Source: a candidate division WOR-3 bacterium
GTDB lineage: Bacteria > Hydrothermota > Hydrothermia > LBFQ01 > DSFT01
NCBI GenBank assembly: GCA_965649115.1
Contig: CBFGJN010000037.1
Span: 1-18,609 of the forward strand
DNA: 18,609 nucleotides
Direction: 5' to 3'
Shown: positions 1-7,749 of the stretch, piece after piece
Layout: every line of letters begins with the position of its first letter
Numbering within the stretch: the stretch's first letter is position 1
Program-made: the position numbers and the translations under genes
Notes under the pieces: model-generated
The model's input: the letters and a program-made list of their open reading frames with translations, nothing else
Told to the model about the DNA's origin: nothing
Database searches by the model: none

Positions 1-206
1 TGTTTTGTCTAGTAATTCTAAAAATATAATTATTTCTATATTTTTCCCGCCCACCCTATATTTAAGCCTTCGGCTTATAAATTCCCATTCTTTTGCTTTG
101 GGGGGCAGAGCCCCCCATTAGAACCCCCCAAAAATCAAGTAATTTATTAAAATTTTAATTAGGTTATTGACAGTCAATAACTTAACACTATTTACTAGAC
201 AAAGCA
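1..206 (-). repeat. Full-length copy (206 bp) of an intergenic MITE-like inverted-repeat element, reverse orientation
   Basis: Ends TGTTTTGTCTAGTAA (1-15) and TTACTAGACAAAGCA (192-206) are a 14/15 inverted repeat. Hairpins TAAGCC-TTC-GGCTTA (63-77) and GGGGGGC-AGA-GCCCCCC (100-116); dyad GTTATTGAC-A-GTCAATAAC (163-181). Colinear with the reverse complement of 7750-7956. Confidence 0.9.
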
Positions 207-218
207 CACTAAAACTAC

Positions 219-282
219 ACCCTAATATGGGCATTTTAAAAATAAAGAAATGAATATAATTTCAGAATTACTAGATAAGGTA
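219..282 (+). repeat. Degenerate right-end fragment of the element
   Basis: ATGGGCATTTTAAA...TTTCAGAATTACTAGATAAGGTA matches the family right end (ATGGGTATTTAAAA...TTTCAGAATTACTAGACAAAGCA). Left boundary is approximate. Confidence 0.65.
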
Positions 283-304
283 AACAAAAAAATTTTTTAT
301 CCTT

Positions 305-310
305 TAAAAT
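305..310 (+). promoter_or_regulatory. Putative -10 box (TAAAAT) for a leaderless or near-leaderless rpsP transcript
   Basis: 8 nt upstream of the ATG at 319, with no Shine-Dalgarno. The same geometry recurs at other first genes. Confidence 0.5.
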
Positions 311-318
311 TTTCAAAT

Positions 319-567
319 ATGGTGAGAATTCGTCTTCAAAGGTTTGGAAAGAAGGGAAACCCAATATATAGGATAGTTGTAGCTGAATCAAGATGGAAAA
401 GAGATGGTAAAGTCATTGAAATTTTAGGTTATTATAATCCAAAAAGAGATTGGGACTTTAAACTTGATTTAGAAAGGTACAACGAGTGGATAAAAAAAGG
501 AGCACAACCTACACCAAGAGTTAAGAGTATATTCAAACTTCAAATGAAAAAGGAGGTTCAGAAATGA
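319..567 (+). CDS. rpsP: 30S ribosomal protein S16
   Basis: MVRIRLQRFGKKGNPIYRIVVAESRWKRDGKVIEILGYYNP is the S16 signature. Start moved from 250 to ATG 319 because the extension runs through a repeat end. Confidence 0.97.
   Translation: MVRIRLQRFGKKGNPIYRIVVAESRWKRDGKVIEILGYYNPKRDWDFKLDLERYNEWIKKGAQPTPRVKSIFKLQMKKEVQK
551..557 (+). promoter_or_regulatory. Shine-Dalgarno sequence for khpA
   Basis: AGGAGGT 6 nt upstream of the ATG at 564. Confidence 0.7.
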
Positions 568-803
568 ATAACACAAAAGAGCTTCTTGAATATATAGTAA
601 AAATGATTGTTGATAGACCAGATGAGGTTGATATAAGAGAAATTCCTGGTGAAAGAGTGGTAATATATGAAGTTAGAGTAAGTAAAGAAGATGTAGGTAA
701 GGTCATAGGAAAACAAGGAAGAACTGCTAAGGCTATAAGGACAATTCTTGCTGCTGTTTCTCTTAAAAGAGGTAAAAAGGTTGTTGTAGAAATCCTTGAA
801 TAG
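564..803 (+). CDS. khpA: KH-domain RNA-binding protein KhpA (YlqC/UPF0109)
   Basis: DVGKVIGKQGRTAKAIR KH motif, 79 aa, conserved position between rpsP and rimM. Confidence 0.93.
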   Translation: MNNTKELLEYIVKMIVDRPDEVDIREIPGERVVIYEVRVSKEDVGKVIGKQGRTAKAIRTILAAVSLKRGKKVVVEILE

Positions 804-1308
804 GTACCCTGTTGCTAAAATTCTAAAAGCATTTGGATTGAGGGGGGAGTTAAAAATAAAAATCTACTTCTCCCCTCCTTCCTACTTTAAAAATTATAAT
901 AGTGTTTTCATAAATGATAAAGAATTAGGGTTTATTGAATTTAAAATTGAAAAGTTTAAAATTCTTTTTGATAATTTTGCTTTGATAAAGTTTGAAAAAC
1001 TTGATAGCAGAAATGATGCTGAAAAATTAAGAGGTAAAGAAATTTTTATTTATCAAGATATGCTTCCTCCAAAAAATGAAGGAGAATACTATGTTTTTGA
1101 ACTTGAAGGACTAAGTGTTTATTACAATGAAAAGAAAATTGGTTTTATAAAAGATATATTAACTAAAAACGAATATACGATTTTTAAGATAAAAACTGAA
1201 AATGATGAAATTTTTATTCCATTTAATAAGCACTTTATAGAAAAAATTGATTTAGAAAATAAGGTTTGCATATTAAAGAAAATTGATGAGACAATTATCA
1301 ATAGTTGA
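796..1308 (+). CDS. rimM: Ribosome maturation factor RimM
   Basis: KAFGLRGELK N-terminus, SRNDAEKLRG, LPPKNEGEYYVFELEG and IPF motifs; operon position; TTG start. Confidence 0.93.
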   Translation: MNRYPVAKILKAFGLRGELKIKIYFSPPSYFKNYNSVFINDKELGFIEFKIEKFKILFDNFALIKFEKLDSRNDAEKLRGKEIFIYQDMLPPKNEGEYYVFELEGLSVYYNEKKIGFIKDILTKNEYTIFKIKTENDEIFIPFNKHFIEKIDLENKVCILKKIDETIINS

Positions 1309-1483
1309 TTTTATAATTTACACTGTTTTAATTTGGTTTATTATATCACTTTTAGCTTCAATTTATTCACTCTATAAAGTTCAAAAACAAATTAAAATTT
1401 TAGAAAATGAAATTGAAAAATACAAAATTGGATATATTATTTATAATTCAAAAAGTGCACAATTAAACCAACAGAAACAATAA
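1286..1483 (+). CDS. Small protein with one TM helix and a coiled coil (possibly FtsL/DivIC-like)
   Basis: Hydrophobic stretch FIIYTVLIWFIISLLASIYSL followed by VQKQIKILENEIEKYK. Fills the gap between rimM and rsmE and overlaps both. Start is 1283 or 1286. Confidence 0.5.
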   Translation: MRQLSIVDFIIYTVLIWFIISLLASIYSLYKVQKQIKILENEIEKYKIGYIIYNSKSAQLNQQKQ

Positions 1484-2129
1484 CTGCGGTTTCACTTCTC
1501 AATATAAAATTACCAAGAGAAAAGTCAGAAAATCCATTCAATTTTAAATAGTTTTCTTCCTCATCAGAGAAACCACCTTCTGGACCTATTAAAATTATAA
1601 CATTATCTGTTTTACCAAAACTAAATAAATTTTTATTTGACTTTGGATTAGCAAATAACCTTAAAGAATAATCTTTTGAAATTTGAACAACTTCTTCTAA
1701 GGTTTTAATATCATGTAATTTTGGAATAATTTGTCTATGACTTTGTTTACAAGCATTTAAAATTATTCTTTCCCATCTTTCCTTTTTTTCTTTAAGTTTT
1801 ACAACACTATACTTTGTTATAACGGGATATATTTCTTTAACACCAATTTCAACAACCTTTTCAAGTATCAATTCAAATTTTTCTCTTTTGATTAAGGCAG
1901 GAGCAACAGCTACATTGAAATTATATTCCTTATTTTCAATTTTTTGTATTTTTTTTATCTTTGCTTTATCCTTTTGAATTTCAATAATTTCACAAAGATA
2001 TTCATTTGATTTACCATCAAAAACCAAAATTTTATCTCCAATTTTATGCCTTAAAACATTATAGAGATGATGAAATTCTTCATCTTTAATAAATTCAAAA
2101 TCATCCGAAAAAAATCTATCAATCCTCAT
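1437..2129 (-). CDS. rsmE: 16S rRNA m3U1498 methyltransferase RsmE
   Basis: HHLYNVLR, EKVVEIGV, ACKQSHR, IGPEGGFS and ILRSETA SPOUT motifs. Confidence 0.95.
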   Translation of the reverse strand: MRIDRFFSDDFEFIKDEEFHHLYNVLRHKIGDKILVFDGKSNEYLCEIIEIQKDKAKIKKIQKIENKEYNFNVAVAPALIKREKFELILEKVVEIGVKEIYPVITKYSVVKLKEKKERWERIILNACKQSHRQIIPKLHDIKTLEEVVQISKDYSLRLFANPKSNKNLFSFGKTDNVIILIGPEGGFSDEEENYLKLNGFSDFSLGNFILRSETAVIVSVGLIVHFLNYK

Positions 2130-4110
2130 TTATTGTCCATAAAACAAAAGCTATTACGAATGCATTATATCTCAAAACCTTATATCTATCCTCCCCAACC
2201 GAATGTCCTGCATTTTCCTCAAATTTTACTAAAATTATACTATTTGATTTATTATTTTCTCTTAATTTTGCTACCCATTTTAGTGGTTCCCAATATCTTA
2301 CTCTTGGGTCATTAAATCCACAAGTTGCTAAAACATTAGGATAACTTTTTTCCGTTATATTATCATAAGGAGAATAACTTTTTATATAATAATAAAATTC
2401 TTCAATTTCGGGATTTCCCCATTCGTCATACTCCAAAATTGTTAAAGGTAATGAAGGATCAAGCATAGTATTTAAAACATCTACAAATGGAACATGAGCA
2501 ATAGCTGTTTTAAATAATTCTGGTCTCTCATTTATACAACCACCTACAAGTATCCCACCAGCACTTGCCCCCTCAATAATAATTTTACCTTTTGATGTCC
2601 ATTTATTTTCTATTAAAAATTCACAAGCTTTTATAAAATCATCAATTGTCCTTTTTTTATTTAGTAATTTACCTTGTTCGTACCATTCCTCACCCCTCTC
2701 TCCACCTCCCCTAACATGAATAATAGCATAAATAATTCCCCTATCCAAGATACTCAATCTTTCCACTTTAAAATAAGGTAAAATTGAATAACCATAAGCT
2801 CCATATCCATAAGCCCAAAGAAAATTACTTCCATCTTTCCTTAATAAGTCTTTTCTATAAGCAATTGTTATAGGTATATCATCAGCAAAAATTCTTTTCA
2901 TTTCGTAAATTTCCTTATTGAAATTGTTAATTTTAGTTTGCTTCCTTAAAATTAAGTTTTTATTTTTAATGTCATAATCGTAAATTGTCTTAGGTTGAAT
3001 TAATGTTTGATATTCAATTCTTAAAAAGTCAGTTTCATATTCATAATTATCTGAAAATTCAATATAATATGCAGGGTCTGGAAATTCAATATAATGAGAA
3101 TTGTTATTATCAAATTCAATAATTTCAATTCTTTCAATTGCTTTTTCTTTATCAAGCTCATAAATCGCTATAAAGTCTTTAAAAATTTCAAAGCTTTCAA
3201 TTTTTATATGATCTCTTGCTTTAAGAAAAATTTCAAAATTTTCAAAATTATCAATAGGACACTTATAAATTTCAAAGTTTTTATTAAATTCATTTGTCAA
3301 AATATAAAATTCTCCACCTCTATGTTCAAGAAAATATCTTATACCCTTTTTTCTTTCCTTGAAAAGCTTTAAATTAAAGTTTTTATCAACTATCCAAACT
3401 TCTGTTGTATCAAGTGAATGAAGAACAATAAATAAGAAATTTTGGTCTTTTGATTTTATTAGGTCTATATTAAACGCTTTGTCGTTTTCTGTAAAAAATT
3501 CTTCAATTTCTAAGTTTATTGGATTTAATTTCAAAACTTTATAAGGTCTTAATATTTCATCAGTAATTGTAAAGAATAAATATCCTTTGAACCATTCAAA
3601 TGAATTGAATGTTTTTTCAGAGATGAATTTAATATCATTTTTTCTTATGTCTTTTAAAAACAATTTAAAGTTTTCCGAGCCTTCTGTATCATAGTTAAAT
3701 GCTAAAAAATTACCCTCATAATCAAATTTTATGTTTCCAACATCAAAATAATTATAATTTTTAGCTATTTCATTAAAGTCAATTAAAATTTCTTCTTTTG
3801 AACCATCTGTTCTATAATATGCTTTATAAGATTTTCCTTTAAAGGTTTTATAAAAATAGAAATAATTTCCATATTTAAATGGATAAGAAGTATCTTCTTC
3901 TTCAATTCTACTTAAAAATTCATTATAAAGTTCCTCTTCAATGTGTTTGAAGTTTTTTGAAATTTTTTCTAAGAATTTTTTTTCTTCTTGGAGATATTCA
4001 ATTAGCCTCGGGTCATTTCTGTCTCTCATCCAATAATAATAATCTACAATTTCATCGTTGTGCTTTCTTATAACATAAGGAACTTTTGGGGGTTTAGGAA
4101 AATCTGACAT
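2119..4110 (-). CDS. ptrB: Oligopeptidase B (S9A family, protease II)
   Basis: DYYYWMRD N-terminus, GYGAYG, HVRGGGE, catalytic GASAGG, VPFVDV, EYDEWGNP, NDPRV and AGH. Confidence 0.93.
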   Translation of the reverse strand: MSDFPKPPKVPYVIRKHNDEIVDYYYWMRDRNDPRLIEYLQEEKKFLEKISKNFKHIEEELYNEFLSRIEEEDTSYPFKYGNYFYFYKTFKGKSYKAYYRTDGSKEEILIDFNEIAKNYNYFDVGNIKFDYEGNFLAFNYDTEGSENFKLFLKDIRKNDIKFISEKTFNSFEWFKGYLFFTITDEILRPYKVLKLNPINLEIEEFFTENDKAFNIDLIKSKDQNFLFIVLHSLDTTEVWIVDKNFNLKLFKERKKGIRYFLEHRGGEFYILTNEFNKNFEIYKCPIDNFENFEIFLKARDHIKIESFEIFKDFIAIYELDKEKAIERIEIIEFDNNNSHYIEFPDPAYYIEFSDNYEYETDFLRIEYQTLIQPKTIYDYDIKNKNLILRKQTKINNFNKEIYEMKRIFADDIPITIAYRKDLLRKDGSNFLWAYGYGAYGYSILPYFKVERLSILDRGIIYAIIHVRGGGERGEEWYEQGKLLNKKRTIDDFIKACEFLIENKWTSKGKIIIEGASAGGILVGGCINERPELFKTAIAHVPFVDVLNTMLDPSLPLTILEYDEWGNPEIEEFYYYIKSYSPYDNITEKSYPNVLATCGFNDPRVRYWEPLKWVAKLRENNKSNSIILVKFEENAGHSVGEDRYKVLRYNAFVIAFVLWTINED

Positions 4111-4119
4111 AATAAAATT

Positions 4120-4464
4120 TTATAGTTCTATAATAACTTTTCCATTTTCAATAATAGTGCTTTTAATCTCAATATCTTCAATATATTGCGAGATATCTAT
4201 TTCAAGAATTTTATTTTCAAATTTTATACCTTTTTGGTTTATATTTGGCAAAAAATTGCTAAATAATCCTTCAACTAAGAACTTAATTTTAGAACCCGTC
4301 AATTCTAGTGGTTCTAATTTAAAATTAAAAGGAATAAATAAATAATTCCCCTTTACATTTATAAAATTTTTTTCAATTTCAACTTTTAAATTACTTACAT
4401 TTTGAACTTTTATAATTTTTGGCAAAATTTTATTTAAAAATTCCTCATTTAACTCAATTTTCAT
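4120..4464 (-). CDS. Hypothetical protein (114 aa)
   Basis: ATG-started ORF directly upstream of and co-oriented with ptrB, with a promoter-like element upstream. No recognised motif. Confidence 0.7.
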   Translation of the reverse strand: MKIELNEEFLNKILPKIIKVQNVSNLKVEIEKNFINVKGNYLFIPFNFKLEPLELTGSKIKFLVEGLFSNFLPNINQKGIKFENKILEIDISQYIEDIEIKSTIIENGKVIIEL

Positions 4465-4471
4465 ATTGAGA

Positions 4472-4500
4472 ATTTTAAAGGTTTAAGGCTGTTTTGTCTA
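4472..4500 (-). promoter_or_regulatory. Putative sigma70 promoter: -35 TAGACA (inside repeat TIR), 17 bp, -10 TAAAAT
   Basis: Plus-strand TGTCTA at 4495-4500 and ATTTTA at 4472-4477; spacer 4478-4494 is 17 bp; the start codon follows the -10 by 7 nt. Confidence 0.6.
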
Positions 4501-4621
4501 ACTTATAAAGAATTTTTTGAAATTATAGATTTATTGGGGGCAAAGTTTAAAGACTCTGCTATTTCAGGGTGGGTGGGAAAATATAGAAACAAAGATATTT
4601 TCAGAATTATTAGACAAGGCA
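4490..4621 (+). repeat. Internally deleted copy (132 bp) of the element between divergent genes
   Basis: TGTTTTGTCTAA...CAGGGTGGGTGGGAAAATATAGAAAC...CAGAATTATTAGACAAGGCA. Dyad and hairpins are deleted or decayed; both ends are kept. Confidence 0.85.
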
Positions 4622-4639
4622 AAAATACTACTTTAAAAT
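4611..4639 (+). promoter_or_regulatory. Putative sigma70 promoter: -35 TAGACA (inside repeat TIR), 17 bp, -10 TAAAAT
   Basis: TAGACA at 4611-4616, TAAAAT at 4634-4639, ATG at 4649. Confidence 0.6.
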
Positions 4640-4648
4640 TTTCAACAT

Positions 4649-5662
4649 ATGCTTTACGAATATGTTAATGCTCGTGTAAGTAGCAGAAGCTCAAAATTAC
4701 TTCCATTAACTATATTTAATGAACTTTTAAACTACAAGTCTCTAAAAAGTCTAATTGATTATCTAAAAGGGACATGGTATAATGAATATATATCAAGAAT
4801 CAGAGATGAAAGTCTTGATAGTTTTTTAGATGTTCTCAAACAAGCATTTTCAGATGAAATTGAAAAAGTTGTTAAATTTTCAGGAAAAGAAATCGGGAGA
4901 ATTTTAAAGGCTTATCTTTCAAGGTGGGATTTATATAATATACTAACAATTATAAGAGGAAAATTTAGTAAATTCAAAAATGAAGAGATACTTGAAGGGA
5001 TTATGCCATTTGGAACTATAACAAAATTAGAATTAAATGAATTATTAAGTGTTAATGAGGCATATGAGGTCTTGGATAAACTTGCTTCAATGGGAATAAA
5101 ATTACCCTTTGAAATAAGCACTCAGCTAAATAAGTTATTAAGGGAAGGTGATTTAAGAAGTGCAGAATTTTACCTTTACAAAGAATTTTATAGAAAGGTT
5201 TTATTATCGCTCTCAGATGTAGAAGGTATTGAACCTCTCAAAAGAATTATTGGTTTTCATATTGATTTGAGAAACATTATTTCAATTTTGTTATTATTAA
5301 GTGAAGGTGTAAAAATTCCTAAAATTGAGTTTATTGGAGGTGGGAATTTAAAGAAGGAAGAGTTAGAAAAGTTAGCAAATTCCGAAAATTATGAAGAAGC
5401 CTTAAATTTCCTTAAAGGAACAATATATGGAGAAGTTATAAAAGATGAGAAAGATTTAGTAAAAATTGAAAGAAAAATTGAAAACTATATCTATAAATAC
5501 ACTTATCATTTGAAAAAGACTAATTTTCTTGATATTGGACCAATTCTTTCCTATGTTTCAAGATTAGAAGTAGAAATAATGAATTTAAGAATTATAGCCA
5601 TTTCCATAGAAAGAGAAATTCCAAGAGATGAAACAGAAAATTATTTAATTTGGTTGGTTTAA
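4649..5662 (+). CDS. V/A-type ATP synthase subunit C (NtpC/AC39 family)
   Basis: YEYVNARVSSRSSKLL N-terminus, LKGTWY, RWDLYNILTIIRGK, IDLRNI and EVEIMNLRIIA motifs; 337 aa. Confidence 0.88.
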   Translation: MLYEYVNARVSSRSSKLLPLTIFNELLNYKSLKSLIDYLKGTWYNEYISRIRDESLDSFLDVLKQAFSDEIEKVVKFSGKEIGRILKAYLSRWDLYNILTIIRGKFSKFKNEEILEGIMPFGTITKLELNELLSVNEAYEVLDKLASMGIKLPFEISTQLNKLLREGDLRSAEFYLYKEFYRKVLLSLSDVEGIEPLKRIIGFHIDLRNIISILLLLSEGVKIPKIEFIGGGNLKKEELEKLANSENYEEALNFLKGTIYGEVIKDEKDLVKIERKIENYIYKYTYHLKKTNFLDIGPILSYVSRLEVEIMNLRIIAISIEREIPRDETENYLIWLV

Positions 5663-6507
5663 TTGCTAATCCAAAAGCTGGAAATGGAAAGGCAATTGAA
5701 GTTCTATCAAAATTTGAAAATTTATTATTAAAAAATAAACTTGAACATATTCTTGTATTTACAAAAGAAAATTTAGACAAGGTTATAAGCGAATTTGAAG
5801 AAAACAATATAAAACATATAATTATCTTTGGAGGTGATGGAACAGTTAATAGTGTGGCAAGAAGAGTTCTATATAAGGATATTGGAATAATTGTTGTTCC
5901 TGGTGGAAGTGGTAATGATTTTTCAAGAAGTAATTGGAAAGATATGGAATTTCAAAAGCTTATTTTTTCATTAAAAGAAAATAAAATATATTATGAATTT
6001 GTTGATGTAGGATATATTGAAGAATTGGATATTTATTTTTTTAATTCTTTTGGAATAGGAATAGCAGGGAATGTAGCAAGAAATGTAAAATTCTTAAAAA
6101 ATTACAAAATTTCAACAGTGAAAAGTTTAGCTTTTGATTATAAAATTTTTCAAATAAAAGTTAATGAAATTTATAATGGAAAGGCAATTTCTTTTCATAT
6201 TGGAATAAATAAAATTGAGGGACATGGTATTAAGATGTTTCCAAATGCCAAGAATAATGATAACTTATTGGATTTTGTAATTTTTAAAGATGTTCCTTAT
6301 TTTCAAACATTTTTTAAAATTTTAAAAGTCCTAAAAGGGGAGCATATTTCTGATAATTATGTAATTTATAATCAATCTAATAGGATTTGTTTTGAATTGG
6401 ATAGACAACTTTATGGACATTACGATGGGGAAGTTTTTAAAATAAATAAAGGAAGCTATAATGTTATTTGTTTAAATAAGGCTCTTAAAATTATAAAATG
6501 GAATTAG
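5650..6507 (+). CDS. Diacylglycerol/lipid kinase family protein (YegS/DgkB-like)
   Basis: IANPKAGNG, GGDGT, PGGSGNDF and DGE motifs; TTG start. Confidence 0.9.
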   Translation: MVGLIANPKAGNGKAIEVLSKFENLLLKNKLEHILVFTKENLDKVISEFEENNIKHIIIFGGDGTVNSVARRVLYKDIGIIVVPGGSGNDFSRSNWKDMEFQKLIFSLKENKIYYEFVDVGYIEELDIYFFNSFGIGIAGNVARNVKFLKNYKISTVKSLAFDYKIFQIKVNEIYNGKAISFHIGINKIEGHGIKMFPNAKNNDNLLDFVIFKDVPYFQTFFKILKVLKGEHISDNYVIYNQSNRICFELDRQLYGHYDGEVFKINKGSYNVICLNKALKIIKWN

Positions 6508-7550
6508 TTTTTTTAACTATTACTTTTCTTGCTTTGAGTGTAATTTTTTATTTTTTGAAACTTCCCTTAATTTTATCGTACATTCTTGCCGGTGCTTTTT
6601 CATATCAATTTTTTCAGTTTAATAATGAAACTGTTGAAATAATTAATAATTTAGCAATATCAATAGTTTTATTCTTTATAGGTTTTGAATTTTCTTATAG
6701 TAAAATAAAGAACTACATAAATCAAGGAATTTTCAATTTCCTTATCACATTTTTTATTATTGTTTTGTTTGGATTTTCTTTTTCTTACTATATTTCAAAA
6801 AGCATCATTGATAGTTTGATTTTCTCTTTTCTTATATTCCCAAGTTCATCAATTATAGTTATAAAAATTCTTCAAAAAACAAACAGATTAGTAAATGTTG
6901 AAGTTCCATTTATTATTATTTTTCTTGTTTTTGAAGATATTGTTATTCCGCTGTTAATAGGAATTTTAATTAGTAAATCATTTTTTTCAATAATTTACAT
7001 ACCAATTTTGATTGTTTCAATTTTAATAAATTTGAAATTCAAAACAAGAATTAAAAATTTTTTAAAGTTTCTCATAAGTTTAGATAGGGAGCTTTTTATA
7101 ATTTTTTTATTTTCAATTATCTTTATTTTTAATGCTCTTTTAAATTCACCAATTGGTTCTTTCTTTTTAGGAATAGTTGTTTCTGAAACTTATGAGGAAT
7201 ACTTTGAAAATGAACTTTCCTTATTAAGAGAAATTATTATTATTATTTTCTTCTTCGTTTTTGGAAATCACTTGGCATCAATTTTAAAGTTTTTAGAAAT
7301 TAAAAGCACAATTATTGGACTTGGTTTATTTTTAATTATTTCAATTCTAAAATCTATTTATTTTGTTCATTTTAGTGATTTTAAGACATATATTAGGTCA
7401 TCTCTAACAATTTTACCAAAAGGTGAGTTTTCAATATACTTAGCATATTTCTTATCAAATTATGAAATTAAAGCAATTTCAATTTCTTTCATTGTTATTT
7501 CAATTGTTTTGGGTTCAATAATATCCTTCTATTCAAAAAATATAAAATAA
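6498..7550 (+). CDS. Cation:proton antiporter (CPA2 family)
   Basis: Many TM segments; LFFIGFEFS, SSSIIVIKIL, LVFEDI and PKGEFS motifs. Confidence 0.85.
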   Translation: MELVFLTITFLALSVIFYFLKLPLILSYILAGAFSYQFFQFNNETVEIINNLAISIVLFFIGFEFSYSKIKNYINQGIFNFLITFFIIVLFGFSFSYYISKSIIDSLIFSFLIFPSSSIIVIKILQKTNRLVNVEVPFIIIFLVFEDIVIPLLIGILISKSFFSIIYIPILIVSILINLKFKTRIKNFLKFLISLDRELFIIFLFSIIFIFNALLNSPIGSFFLGIVVSETYEEYFENELSLLREIIIIIFFFVFGNHLASILKFLEIKSTIIGLGLFLIISILKSIYFVHFSDFKTYIRSSLTILPKGEFSIYLAYFLSNYEIKAISISFIVISIVLGSIISFYSKNIK

Positions 7551-7567
7551 AAAATGCTGTTATTAAT

Positions 7568-7740
7568 TGCTTTGTCCAATAAATAGTGCTAATTGCTTGA
7601 CTACCAACAACTTGTGAAAATTTATTAGAAGTTTTTGCCCCCATAGCAAAAGAAAGGGTATTTACAAGCCGAAGGCTCATTTTCAGGTTGGATGGGCAAA
7701 ATAAGAAAAATAAATACTTTCAGAATTACTAGACAAAGCA
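7568..7740 (+). repeat. Copy of the element (173 bp; left arm of hairpin 1 deleted)
   Basis: TGCTTTGTCCAATAA...AGCC-GAA-GGCT (7667-7677)...CAGAATTACTAGACAAAGCA. Confidence 0.9.
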
Positions 7741-7749
7741 AACATACTT

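Noticed and set aside
250..318. 23-aa N-terminal extension of S16 in the ORF track
   Set aside because: It runs through a repeat right end. S16 homology starts at ATG 319, which has its own -10 box.
4117..4122. -10 box 6 nt upstream of ptrB
   Set aside because: It overlaps the TAA stop of the upstream gene and may be coincidental, so it was not counted as a promoter.
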